Shown: piece by piece, positions 14,429 to 23,328 of the stretch
Layout: every line of letters begins with the position of its first letter
How positions within the stretch are numbered: position 1 is the stretch's first letter
DNA from: Candidatus Limimorpha sp.
GTDB taxonomy: Bacteria > Bacteroidota > Bacteroidia > Bacteroidales > F082
Assembly (NCBI GenBank): GCA_045132275.1
Contig: JBGURY010000004.1
Location: 121,892 to 185,891, forward strand
Direction: 5' to 3'
Length of the DNA: 64,000 nt
Notes under the pieces: generated by a model
Told to the model about the DNA's origin: nothing
Database searches by the model: none
What the model saw: only the letters and a program-made list of their open reading frames with translations
Made by a program: the position numbers and the translations under genes

Positions 14429-16888
14429 ATGAAGAAAGTATCTTTACTCATTGCGATGATTGCCTTTGTTTGTGGCAATGCTTTCGCTCAGTTGAGCTTC
14501 GATTTCAACGACTGCCCCGCAGGCGCTAAGATCGCTCAGACCCTCGGTGATCCTTGGACCACTTGGAGCAACCAACCTGGTGGCAATGAAGACGGAGTCT
14601 TCGCAGAGGCCGGTGGCTCGATGGCTTGCCACTTCACCTACAACAACGACCAAGTCGTCATGCTCGGCGATCACTCGACGGGTGTTTATGACCTTGAGTT
14701 CGATGCCTACGTTCCGGATGGCAAGAATGGTTACTTCAACGTGCTGCACCACTTCGCTGGCTCCAACAGCACTTGGGCTATGCAGGTTTACATGCACATG
14801 ACCAACGATGGTCAGAACTCGACCCAGGCTCCTGGCCACGGCACCGTGCACGCTGGTAGCAATGGTACCTGCGACCTGCCTTGCGTCTACGACCAATGGA
14901 TGCACTTCCGCGTCCATGTCGATGCCGACAACGACGTTGCCCAACTTTACTTCAATGTGGTTGGCCAGCCCGAAGAACTTTATGCCGAATGGCAGTGGAG
15001 CTTGGACAGCTTTGGTGAAAACCAAACTGACCGCGTCCTCGGCGCTATGGACTTCTATCCGCCTGAGAATGCCGCTACCTCTGAGTACTATCTTGACAAC
15101 CTCGCCGTCACGCTGCAAAGCAACGACGAAGTGCTGCTTTTCGAACCTTTCGAAGAGTACACTGTTGGCAACAAGATCGCTGCTGAAGCTGTTGCCGCTG
15201 GTCATGACTGGTGGACCACTTGGAGCAACCAACCTGGTGGCAATGAAGACGGCGTTGTTGCCGACTTCGACAACACCCAGTGCGGTCACCTTACCTATGG
15301 CAACGACCAGGTCCTCCTCCTCGGCGACGAAGAGAATGGTAACTATGACCTCGAGTTCGACATCCTCATCCCCGAAGGCAAGAACGGTTACTTCAACATC
15401 CTGCACCACTTCGCTGGTTCCAACAGCACCTGGGCTTTCCAGTGCTACCTCCACCTGACCAACGATGGTCAGAACTCGACCTCCGCTCCTGGTCAGGGTA
15501 CCATCCACGCTGGTAGCAATGGTACTGCCACGATGACGGGCCTTGTGTATGACCAGTGGATGCACTTCCGCTTGAATGTCGACACCGACACTGACGTTGC
15601 TAACTACTACTACACCGCTCCTGGTGAGGACGAAGTTCTCGTCTGCACCTGGCAGTGGAGCTTGGACAGCTTCGGCAACAACGTGGTTGGCCGTACCCTC
15701 GCCGCTATGAACTTCTATCCGCCTGAGAATGCCGCCACTTCCGAGTACTACCTTGACAACTTCAGCTTCAAGAAGATCGGTGGCGAAAGCGCTCCCGAGC
15801 TTACCATCACTCCTGATGAAATCACCGTGGAACTCATGGAAGACGACATGACCACCGCTGAGGTTGTTATCGACAACAGTGGTAACTCCATCGGCGACTG
15901 GGCTGGCTGGCTTGACTTCGGTCAAGGTGGTGCCGGTTCTCAGACCGCTGACCTTTACTACCACAATGGTGAAGTCGCTTCTGGTATCGGTTCTTCCGAC
16001 GCTTACACTCGTGAGATGGGTATCCGTCTGCCTGCCACCGCTTATGCCGGTGCTGCCATGGGTATGAGAATCGTCTCCGCCCAGTACTACATCTATGACG
16101 AGTATCAGAGCGCTGACCACAACTACATCTTCCGTATCTACGGTCAAGGCCTCCACAACCAACCCGGTGAACTCCTCGCTGAGAAGACCGTCAACTCGAC
16201 GGCTGCCGGTACGTGGATCACTGCCACCTTCGACGAGCCCGTCTATATGACTGGTCAAGCCATGTGGGCTACTGTCCAGCTCGAACAAGTTGCTGGCGAG
16301 TATCCTCTGAGCATGGACGGCGGTGAATATGGTGAAGAACAAGATGGTAACTGGCTCAGCACCAACGGCAACAGCTTCAGCCACTGCTACAGCGCTGGCA
16401 GCTTCGGTGGTGCTTGGTTGATCACCGTCAACTGCGAAGGCGAACTCGTCCCCGCCACTTGGGCTACCATCGACAAGACTGAAGGCGCCATCATGGGCGG
16501 TCAGAGCGAGACCATCACTGTCACTCTGAACTCCATTGGCCTGCCTATGGGTTCGAACTACAGCGCCGAACTTATCATCAACACCAATGATGAAAACCTG
16601 CCTCAGGCTGTGATCCCCGTCACCCTCGCCGTCACCGATGGCGTTGTGGAGACTGCCACTCAACTGGCTAGCATCTATCCCAACCCCGCCACTTCGCAGG
16701 TCACCCTCGAAGGCGAGAACCTCAACAGCCTGGCCATCTACAATGTGGCCGGTCAGCTTGTCCGCTTTGTGAAGCTGAACGAAATGGTCAACACCATCGA
16801 CATGAATGTTGAAGCTGGTGTGTACTTCTTCAGCGTCTACGACAACAATGGCAACAACAGCGTCCAGCGCGTTGTCATCGTCAAGTAA
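14429..16888 (+). CDS. T9SS-secreted surface protein with two tandem ~210-aa lectin-like modules and a C-terminal sorting domain
   Basis: Signal peptide and internal duplication. The C-terminus (IYPNPATSQVTLEG...GVYFFSVY...VVIVK) is a typical Por secretion tail. Confidence 0.8.
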   Translation: MKKVSLLIAMIAFVCGNAFAQLSFDFNDCPAGAKIAQTLGDPWTTWSNQPGGNEDGVFAEAGGSMACHFTYNNDQVVMLGDHSTGVYDLEFDAYVPDGKNGYFNVLHHFAGSNSTWAMQVYMHMTNDGQNSTQAPGHGTVHAGSNGTCDLPCVYDQWMHFRVHVDADNDVAQLYFNVVGQPEELYAEWQWSLDSFGENQTDRVLGAMDFYPPENAATSEYYLDNLAVTLQSNDEVLLFEPFEEYTVGNKIAAEAVAAGHDWWTTWSNQPGGNEDGVVADFDNTQCGHLTYGNDQVLLLGDEENGNYDLEFDILIPEGKNGYFNILHHFAGSNSTWAFQCYLHLTNDGQNSTSAPGQGTIHAGSNGTATMTGLVYDQWMHFRLNVDTDTDVANYYYTAPGEDEVLVCTWQWSLDSFGNNVVGRTLAAMNFYPPENAATSEYYLDNFSFKKIGGESAPELTITPDEITVELMEDDMTTAEVVIDNSGNSIGDWAGWLDFGQGGAGSQTADLYYHNGEVASGIGSSDAYTREMGIRLPATAYAGAAMGMRIVSAQYYIYDEYQSADHNYIFRIYGQGLHNQPGELLAEKTVNSTAAGTWITATFDEPVYMTGQAMWATVQLEQVAGEYPLSMDGGEYGEEQDGNWLSTNGNSFSHCYSAGSFGGAWLITVNCEGELVPATWATIDKTEGAIMGGQSETITVTLNSIGLPMGSNYSAELIINTNDENLPQAVIPVTLAVTDGVVETATQLASIYPNPATSQVTLEGENLNSLAIYNVAGQLVRFVKLNEMVNTIDMNVEAGVYFFSVYDNNGNNSVQRVVIVK
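14489..15112 (+). repeat. Intragenic duplication, copy 1
   Basis: Matches 15134-15772, including a 40-nt identical run at 14555-14594 = 15213-15252. Confidence 0.85.
15134..15772 (+). repeat. Intragenic duplication, copy 2
   Basis: See copy 1. The protein motifs WTTWSNQPGGNEDGV, GKNGYFN(V/I)LHHFAGSNSTWA and FYPPENAATSEYYLDN are shared. Confidence 0.85.
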
Positions 16889-16911
16889 GAAGGTTCCTTA
16901 GGGACTAAAAC

Positions 16912-16941
16912 AAAAGAACCGCCTCGTGAGGCGGTTCTTTT
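16912..16941. terminator. Bidirectional rho-independent terminator
   Basis: Stem aaaagaaccgcc / ggcggttctttt with a 6-nt loop, and T-runs on both strands. Confidence 0.7.
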
Positions 16942-17675
16942 TATTTTGTCATCTCGGCCATGATGATGGCCCCGGCTACGGCTGCGTTCAAAGACTCGGT
17001 CACGCTGCCGTCCCCATGCGGGATGGTGATGGGATGCGTGACACAAGGCAACACATCTGTTCTAATGCCATGCGACTCGCTTCCGATGACGATGATGCCT
17101 TCGGGCTTCGCTTTCATTTGGAACAGGTTCTCTCCCTCCAACAAAGCCCCATAAATGGCTTTGCCCTCGCTTTTCATCTTTTGGAGATAAGACGTCAAGT
17201 CGGTCTCCCATACTTTTACCCTGAACAGCGAGCCCATGGTGGCTTGCACCACTTTGGGATTCCATAGCTCCACGCAATCATGGCTGCACACCACGTCTTT
17301 GATGCCGAACCACTCGGCCGTGCGGATAAGCGTGCCCATGTTGCCAGGGTTGGCGATGCCGTCAAGGGCAAGGACGAGTCGCGAGTTGGGCTTGATTTCA
17401 TCCTGTTGTGGGATCCTGACCACGGCGAGGACGCCAGGCGGCGTGTCCTGACCGCTCATCTGCTCCATCTGCACCTCGCTGACGGGTTCGGCATCGGCGA
17501 AGGAAGGGTAGGAGCCGACGAAAGCTTCCGTGGCATAGAGCCCCACCGTCTCGAAGTCGGAATGAAGCAGTTCTTCCACCATCTTGCGTCCTTCTACGAC
17601 GAAGAGACCGAGCTCCTTGCGGTATTTCTGCTGACGGAGCGAGGCGATTTGTTTTATGGTGTTCTTGGTAAGCAT
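16941..17675 (-). CDS. TrmH/SpoU family RNA 2'-O-methyltransferase
   Basis: N-terminal substrate-binding segment FVVEGRKMVEEL and a C-terminal SPOUT knot (IVIGSESHG, LNAAVAGAIIM). The start at MLTKNT lies next to a -7 box. Confidence 0.8.
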   Translation of the reverse strand: MLTKNTIKQIASLRQQKYRKELGLFVVEGRKMVEELLHSDFETVGLYATEAFVGSYPSFADAEPVSEVQMEQMSGQDTPPGVLAVVRIPQQDEIKPNSRLVLALDGIANPGNMGTLIRTAEWFGIKDVVCSHDCVELWNPKVVQATMGSLFRVKVWETDLTSYLQKMKSEGKAIYGALLEGENLFQMKAKPEGIIVIGSESHGIRTDVLPCVTHPITIPHGDGSVTESLNAAVAGAIIMAEMTK

Positions 17676-17679
17676 GGCG

Positions 17680-17687
17680 CAAAGGTA
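17680..17687 (-). promoter_or_regulatory. -7 promoter box (TACCTTTG) for the TrmH-family gene
   Basis: Only 4 nt separate the box from the ATG at 17675. Confidence 0.5.
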
Positions 17688-17688
17688 T

Positions 17689-17720
17689 AAAAAAAGGCTG
17701 TCCCATAAAGGAGACAGCCC
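17689..17720 (-). terminator. Rho-independent terminator after rplI
   Basis: On the minus strand: GGGCUGUC...GACAGCC followed by U7. Confidence 0.65.
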
Positions 17721-17745
17721 AAAAACATGAAAAAGTTTGTTTTTC

Positions 17746-18195
17746 TTATTCAGCGTAGACGTTGAAGTCAATGTCGACGGCCACTTCCTTGTGGAGTTTC
17801 AGTTTGGCCTTGTATTCGCCGACTTCCTTGATGGCGTCTTCGTTGAGGACGATTTGCTTGCGGTCCACTTCGATGCCGGTGGCTTCCTTGATGGCCTGGG
17901 CGATCATGATGTTGTTGACCGAGCCGAAGATCTTACCCGTGGCAGCAGCCTTGGCGGGGATTTGCAGCTTCAGGCCTTCCAGAGCCTTGGCCTTCTCCAT
18001 AGCCTCGTCCTTGATCTTTTGTTCCTTGTGAGCCTGCTGGCGCATCTCTTCGGCCAAGATCTTGCGGTTGCGCTCGGTGGCGAGGATGGCGAGACCTTGC
18101 GGGATGAGGAAGTTGCGGCCGTAGCCGGGCTTCACGGTGACGATGTCGTTCTTATATCCTAAGTTGGCGATGTCTTGTTTCAGAATGATATCCAT
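17746..18195 (-). CDS. rplI: 50S ribosomal protein L9
   Basis: MDIILKQDIANLGYKNDIVTVKPGYGRNFLIP. Confidence 0.95.
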   Translation of the reverse strand: MDIILKQDIANLGYKNDIVTVKPGYGRNFLIPQGLAILATERNRKILAEEMRQQAHKEQKIKDEAMEKAKALEGLKLQIPAKAAATGKIFGSVNNIMIAQAIKEATGIEVDRKQIVLNEDAIKEVGEYKAKLKLHKEVAVDIDFNVYAE

Positions 18196-18213
18196 TGTGT
18201 TTCCTCCTTCAAA

Positions 18214-18489
18214 TTATTTCAAACAATCTGCTACGAACGGCATCAGGGCGAGGTGGCGGGCACGCTTGATGGCTTGGGCGACCTTGCGCTGATACTTGCT
18301 GGAAGTGCCGGTGATGCGGCGAGGCAGGATCTTGCCCTGCTCGTTGACGAACTTCAGCAAGAAGTCGGCATCTTTGTAGTCGATGTACTTGATGCGGTTC
18401 TTCTTGAAGCGGCAGTATTTCTTTCTCTTGGTATCGACTGCGATGGGAGTCAGATATTTGATGTCGTTGTTGTTGTTCACTTGTGCCAT
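18214..18489 (-). CDS. rpsR: 30S ribosomal protein S18
   Basis: Motifs YIDYKD...[17 protein letters not shown] and [13 protein letters not shown]. Confidence 0.95.
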   Translation of the reverse strand: MAQVNNNNDIKYLTPIAVDTKRKKYCRFKKNRIKYIDYKDADFLLKFVNEQGKILPRRITGTSSKYQRKVAQAIKRARHLALMPFVADCLK

Positions 18490-18515
18490 TTTTCTTCAGT
18501 TTTAATTGTTCAACA

Positions 18516-18872
18516 TTAGGCTTGTGCCTCTCCTGCGGCGGCTTCTTCGGCTTTCTTGCGCTTCTTCTCGTTGTAAGCGACGGCGTGTTTGTCGAGCTTC
18601 ACGGTGAGGAAACGGAGAATGCGCTCGTCGCGCTTCAGTTCGGTTTCGACATCTGCAATCACGTTGCCCTCGGCCTTGTACTCAATGAGTTGGTAAAAGC
18701 CCGTGGACTTCTTCTGGATAGGATAGGCAAGCTTGCGCATGCCCCAGTTCTCTTCATGAACGATCTCTGCGCCATTTTTGGTCAGTTGATCTTCATACTT
18801 CTTTACCGCTTCCTTCATCTGTTCGTCAGACAAAACGGGAGTTAAAATGAAAACGGTTTCGTACTGATTCAT
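18516..18872 (-). CDS. rpsF: 30S ribosomal protein S6
   Basis: Begins [16 protein letters not shown] and contains [10 protein letters not shown]. Confidence 0.95.
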   Translation of the reverse strand: MNQYETVFILTPVLSDEQMKEAVKKYEDQLTKNGAEIVHEENWGMRKLAYPIQKKSTGFYQLIEYKAEGNVIADVETELKRDERILRFLTVKLDKHAVAYNEKKRKKAEEAAAGEAQA

Positions 18873-18929
18873 AACTGTTTGATTATTAAATAATTAAATT
18901 GTTAATAAGGTTTGCTTCAATAGCGGGTG

Positions 18930-18937
18930 CAAAAGTA
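18930..18937 (-). promoter_or_regulatory. -7 promoter box (TACTTTTG) for the rpsF-rpsR-rplI operon
   Basis: TAnnTTTG match 57 nt upstream of the ATG at 18872. Confidence 0.6.
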
Positions 18938-18983
18938 CGAAAAAAATCCTTATGTCCAGCACCTGTTTTGAAAAAAGTTTGTT

Positions 18984-21005
18984 TTAGTGCTGAATCGCCA
19001 CTTTTCGCACGCTTACAACATCATCTGCCTTCACTTTCACGAAGTAGATTCCTGACGGGAATATGTAAGTCGGAATCTCGTGTTTGTCGCCTTGCATGAT
19101 GCTGTTATAGCAGACTTTCCCTTGAAGGTCTATAATGCTCAGCTCGGCATGACGCAGAGACTCGTTGCTCGTAATAGTGATGAATGCCGAGGCAGGGTTG
19201 GGCGCGACGGTCAGCGTGACTTCATGAGGCTCGGCAACGTAGTCAGGTATAGGGGGCAACTCGGTGTACCAAATGCCGCTGGCCATGGGAGAGGCGTAGA
19301 TGCGATCTCCGTCGATATAAATGTCAAGGATGGGACCCTCTGTTGGGATGTCTCCCATTTGTTGCCATTCGTCGCTGTGGTCGTATTTCAGGTAGATGGT
19401 GCCGTCTTCGCAGCCCACGGCGATGATGGTGTCGGTGGTGGTGATGCGCCGGATGGTGGCGTCAGCAGGCAGTGCGTCGACAACCTGCCAAGTCTCACCC
19501 ATATCGTTGGAGAAATGAAGGCCGTGTTCGCGGGTGCCGAGATACAAGCCGTTGTCATGGTAACGCAAAGTGGTGTAGTTGACGTCCTCGAACGGGGAGT
19601 TGAGGACTTGCCAGTTGGAGCCTTGCTCGCGACTGTGGCGCAACACGCCGTCGTAGGAGACGTGATACATGATGCTGCCGTCCCAGGTGAGGTCGACGAC
19701 GTCAATGTCAAGAGGGAGGCAAGTGGGTACATACCATTGCTGGCCAAGGCCGAAGGAGACATACATCCTGTCCTTGCTGCCCGCAACGATTTGGGAGCCA
19801 CAACGCAGTAGGCTTTGAAGCCATTGGGCTTCGGGCAACCCTGACCCTGCAGAGTTGAAAGAGGTGCCTTTGTTGGTGGAAAGAAAACTGCCCAACATGT
19901 CGGTGCCGATAAACACATTGTTGCCTTCCACCAGCATGCCACGTATCTCCACTGTGCCGATGTTGGTACCCTGCGTCCAAGTGCTGCCATTGTCGGTGTA
20001 AAAGAAGTCGGAGCCGTGGGTGGCGGCCAGCACGCGTCCACCGCTGATGCCGATGTTTCCTACGGAGGCGAGGAACGATGGGGTGTTGGTGCGGGTCCAT
20101 CCGGTCCCGTCGCTATTGCCTCGGTAGATGCGGCCTTGGGTGTCGCCAACAAAGAGATACCCGTCGTGAGCTTCCATGCACCAGAGGCTCTTCGACGGGA
20201 GGTTGGAGTTGAAGTCCTGCCAAGTCACGCCGTTGTCGTAGGAGACAAAGACACCGTCGCTGAAGCAGGCGGCATAGAGTGTGTCGCCGAGGTGGGCGTA
20301 GCCTTTCGCCTGTTTGTTGAGGTTGGCACTCGTCCAGGTGTCGCCATTGTCGCTGGAGACCATGACGCCTTGCCCGAGGACGGTGGCAAAGACCTTGTCG
20401 TTGTGGCAGTAGATGCCGAGGACGTCACTACCCAAACCGTTGCTGCACGACTCCCAGGTAGCTCCGTCGTTGAAGGTGCGGTAGACGCCACGCCTATAGG
20501 TGGCGATGAAAACAGCGTCTTCGTTGTCGGCCATGTAATAGGGATAGCGCACGTCGCTGGGGAAAAGGTCTGTGAGGTATTCGCCTTGGGTGCCGTTGGT
20601 GGATTGGTAGACGCCTTGGACATAGGTGGAGGCGATAAGCCATCCGTTATGGACCAGTATGTGTTTGATGTAATGGTTGTGCAGGTAGGGATCGGGCGTC
20701 CAGTGGAGTCCGCCATCGGTGGTGCGGAAGATGTTCTCGTCGGTGGCGAGGAACACTGTGTCGTTATAGGTGGCGAGGCATTTGGTGTCGCACGAGGTGA
20801 GTCCGTTGTTGCGGAACTCCCAGTTGAGGCCTTGGTCGCTGCTCACCAGGACGCCACCGCCCGTAGCGGCATAATAGAGACTATCGGTGCAGAGGATGCT
20901 CCTGACGTAGCGCCCTTGGGGTCCGTTCATGGACTGCCATTGCGCCTCGGCCCCGTTAAAGAGGAGAGTGAAAGCAATGAGTAGTAATAGAGTCCTGTTT
21001 TTCAT
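18984..21005 (-). CDS. BNR/Asp-box repeat beta-propeller protein with T9SS C-terminal sorting domain
   Basis: Signal peptide MKNRTLLLLIAFTLLFNGAEAQ, about 12 SxDxGxTW-type motifs, and the C-terminal tail VAPNPASAFITI...GIYFVKV. Confidence 0.8.
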   Translation of the reverse strand: MKNRTLLLLIAFTLLFNGAEAQWQSMNGPQGRYVRSILCTDSLYYAATGGGVLVSSDQGLNWEFRNNGLTSCDTKCLATYNDTVFLATDENIFRTTDGGLHWTPDPYLHNHYIKHILVHNGWLIASTYVQGVYQSTNGTQGEYLTDLFPSDVRYPYYMADNEDAVFIATYRRGVYRTFNDGATWESCSNGLGSDVLGIYCHNDKVFATVLGQGVMVSSDNGDTWTSANLNKQAKGYAHLGDTLYAACFSDGVFVSYDNGVTWQDFNSNLPSKSLWCMEAHDGYLFVGDTQGRIYRGNSDGTGWTRTNTPSFLASVGNIGISGGRVLAATHGSDFFYTDNGSTWTQGTNIGTVEIRGMLVEGNNVFIGTDMLGSFLSTNKGTSFNSAGSGLPEAQWLQSLLRCGSQIVAGSKDRMYVSFGLGQQWYVPTCLPLDIDVVDLTWDGSIMYHVSYDGVLRHSREQGSNWQVLNSPFEDVNYTTLRYHDNGLYLGTREHGLHFSNDMGETWQVVDALPADATIRRITTTDTIIAVGCEDGTIYLKYDHSDEWQQMGDIPTEGPILDIYIDGDRIYASPMASGIWYTELPPIPDYVAEPHEVTLTVAPNPASAFITITSNESLRHAELSIIDLQGKVCYNSIMQGDKHEIPTYIFPSGIYFVKVKADDVVSVRKVAIQH

Positions 21006-21006
21006 G

Positions 21007-22152
21007 TTATTTTGGTGCGTTGGTGCGTAACATCTTCTCAAGCATGAATTCGGCAGCGTGGCCGTCGCCGAAGATCTCGGGGAAGGCAGTGGGTGGATTG
21101 CCCTTGAAGTGTTCCCAGGCCTGCATGATGCGTGCTCCGTCGGCGTTGGCGAGGATGGCGTTGCCGGTCTCCACGATCTCCACCCATTCGGTCTCGGGAC
21201 GCAGGATGATGCAGGGCTTTTGGAAGAAATAGGCTTCCTTCTGCACGCCGCCCGAGTCAGTCATCACCAGTTGGGCGTGACGTTCCAAAGCGATCATCTC
21301 CAAGAAGGATACGGGCGGGATGAGGCTGATGCTCGGGCTGTTGAAGATTTGCGTCTGCTTTTCACGGCCCAGGTTGGTCTTCAGCAGCTTGGCTGTCCTG
21401 GGATGCAATGGCAGCACGACTTGGGTCTCCTTGGAGAGCTGGATCAGTGCGTCAAAGATGGCGTTGAGCCGTTCGGGATGGTCGGTGTTGCTGTCGCGGT
21501 GGATGGTGGCCAGGATGAAAGGCTTGTCGGCCAATGCCAGACGCTGTATGATATCGGTCTTCTCCTCTGCGATGTCGGCGAAGTGCAGGCTGTTGTCATA
21601 CATGATGTCGCCGCAGTGATAGACCTTGGGGTTGTCGATGGTGTAGGGCCCGTCGTTGTCCATGGGGAAGCCTTCGCATTTTAGGTTCTCGACGCCAGCG
21701 TGTGTGGGGGAGAACAGCAGGGTGGAACAGTGGTCGCACACGATGCGGTTGATCTCCTCAGGCATGCTCTTGTTGAACGAGCGCAGCCCTGCTTCAATGT
21801 GGACGATGGGCACATGGATTTTGGCGGCGGCCACAGCACCGGCGAGGGTTGAGTTGGTGTCGCCGTAGAGCACGATGAAGTCGGGTTGTTCCTTTATTAA
21901 TAGTTCCTCTATGCCTTCGGTCATGCGGGCGGTCTGCACGCCGTGCGAGGCCGAACCGACGTGGAGGTTGTAGTCGGGATGGGGAATACCCAACTCGTTG
22001 AAGAACACCTGCGACATGTTGTCGTCGTAATGCTGCCCTGTGTGGACGATGATCTCCTGGATGCGGTCCGCGTAGTGTTCTCGAATGGTGCGGCTCAATG
22101 CTGCCGCCTTGATGATTTGGGGTCGTGCCCCGATGATAGTGACGAGTTTCAT
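21007..22152 (-). CDS. wecB: UDP-N-acetylglucosamine 2-epimerase (non-hydrolysing)
   Basis: Begins MKLVTIIGARPQIIK and contains YGDTNSTLAG and DSGGVQKEA. Confidence 0.9.
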   Translation of the reverse strand: MKLVTIIGARPQIIKAAALSRTIREHYADRIQEIIVHTGQHYDDNMSQVFFNELGIPHPDYNLHVGSASHGVQTARMTEGIEELLIKEQPDFIVLYGDTNSTLAGAVAAAKIHVPIVHIEAGLRSFNKSMPEEINRIVCDHCSTLLFSPTHAGVENLKCEGFPMDNDGPYTIDNPKVYHCGDIMYDNSLHFADIAEEKTDIIQRLALADKPFILATIHRDSNTDHPERLNAIFDALIQLSKETQVVLPLHPRTAKLLKTNLGREKQTQIFNSPSISLIPPVSFLEMIALERHAQLVMTDSGGVQKEAYFFQKPCIILRPETEWVEIVETGNAILANADGARIMQAWEHFKGNPPTAFPEIFGDGHAAEFMLEKMLRTNAPK

Positions 22153-22163
22153 GGGATGTGCGT

Positions 22164-22859
22164 TTAGAAGGTCATGTCTCCGTGATCGCGGAAGCTATAG
22201 TAACGTTCGTTGCCGATGATGATGTGATCGATGACTTTGATGTCCAATAGTTTTCCGGCGGACACCAGTTTCTTGGTCAGTTGGCGGTCATCCTCGCTGG
22301 GACGTGGGTTGCCCGAAGGGTGGTTGTGCCCCAGGACAAGGCAGGTTGCATTAAGGTTGAGGGCGTTCTTGAAGATGATCTTGGGGTCGGCGATGACATG
22401 GGTGGTGCCGCCGTTGCTGATGCATTCAATCTTCAAGACGTGGTTGCTTTGGTTGAGGTACATGACCAGGAAGTGCTCCTGCTTCATGTCGTCGATATAG
22501 GGAAGGAATCGCTCGAAGGTGTCTTTGGAATCTTTCACTTCCTTGGGCAGGTTGGCCTCGGCGGCGCGGCGGCGTTTGCCGAGTTCCAAGGCGGCCATGA
22601 GGGTGATGGCCTTGGCTTCGCCGATGCCTTTGATGCCTTTCAGTTCTTTAAGAGAAAGCTCGGAAAGCTTGATGAGGTCGTTGCCGACGCTGTCCAAGAT
22701 GGCGCGTGCCAGGTCCACCGCCGACTGTCCTTCCATACCCGTTCGCAGCAGGATGGCCAATAGTTCGGAGTCGCTGAGTGCGGCCTTGCCCTTGCTGATC
22801 ATCTTCTCGCGTGGACGGTCGTCCTTGGCCCATTCCTTGATGGATTTCTTCTCGGTCAT
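22164..22859 (-). CDS. radC: RadC-family JAB-domain protein
   Basis: Motifs ELLAILLRTG, a helix-hairpin-helix segment LKGIKGIGEAKA, and HNHPSG. Confidence 0.9.
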   Translation of the reverse strand: MTEKKSIKEWAKDDRPREKMISKGKAALSDSELLAILLRTGMEGQSAVDLARAILDSVGNDLIKLSELSLKELKGIKGIGEAKAITLMAALELGKRRRAAEANLPKEVKDSKDTFERFLPYIDDMKQEHFLVMYLNQSNHVLKIECISNGGTTHVIADPKIIFKNALNLNATCLVLGHNHPSGNPRPSEDDRQLTKKLVSAGKLLDIKVIDHIIIGNERYYSFRDHGDMTF

Positions 22860-22910
22860 GATGGCGGATTTTGGAGCGGTAAAGATAGCGATTTTTGGTT
22901 TACCTCAAGC

Positions 22911-22941
22911 AAAAAAGCCTCTTCCACAGAGTAGAAGAGGC
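22911..22941 (-). terminator. Rho-independent terminator after rpsT
   Basis: On the minus strand: GCCUCUUC...GAAGAGGC followed by U6. Confidence 0.7.
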
Positions 22942-22968
22942 ACCAACATGTATGAATAAAACTTCCAA

Positions 22969-23223
22969 TTATGCCAATTTGTTCGTGAACTTCGTCAGCT
23001 TCGACTTCAGGTTGGCGGCTTTGTTCTTGTGGATGATACCGCGCTTGGCAACCTTGTCGATGATGGAGTACAACTTCGGGAGCTGGCTCTCAGCAGCCGA
23101 CTTGTCGGTTAAAGCCCTGAACTTCTTCATCTCGTTACGCATGTTCTTCGCATAGTAACGGTTGTGCAAACGTCTCTTTTCGGTCTGACGGATTCTCTTG
23201 ATTGCATCTTTGTGATTTGCCAT
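22969..23223 (-). CDS. rpsT: 30S ribosomal protein S20
   Basis: MANHKDAIKRIRQTEKRRLHNR. Confidence 0.95.
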   Translation of the reverse strand: MANHKDAIKRIRQTEKRRLHNRYYAKNMRNEMKKFRALTDKSAAESQLPKLYSIIDKVAKRGIIHKNKAANLKSKLTKFTNKLA

Positions 23224-23267
23224 ATCTCTTATTCCTTATGCTAATATTTTCCTTTTATTTTGGGCTG

Positions 23268-23275
23268 CAAAATTA
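23268..23275 (-). promoter_or_regulatory. -7 promoter box (TAATTTTG) for rpsT
   Basis: ggctgCAAAATTAc on the + strand, 44 nt upstream of the ATG. Confidence 0.6.
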
Positions 23276-23328
23276 CAACTTTTTCGTGAAACCCAACCCA
23301 AAAAGATGAAATTTTTTCTTTAAATTAT

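Noticed and set aside
14444..16663. 739-aa ORF antisense to the T9SS cargo gene
   Set aside because: It is rich in Val, Gly, Asp, Ala and His, with no motifs, signal peptide or promoter. It stays open because the sense-strand codon bias avoids TTA, CTA and TCA. The + strand product has a signal peptide, repeats and a T9SS tail.
22164..22859. RadC as a marker of a mobile or anti-restriction island
   Set aside because: It is flanked by wecB and rpsT with normal composition. It is a full-length chromosomal-type RadC with an HhH and JAB domain.
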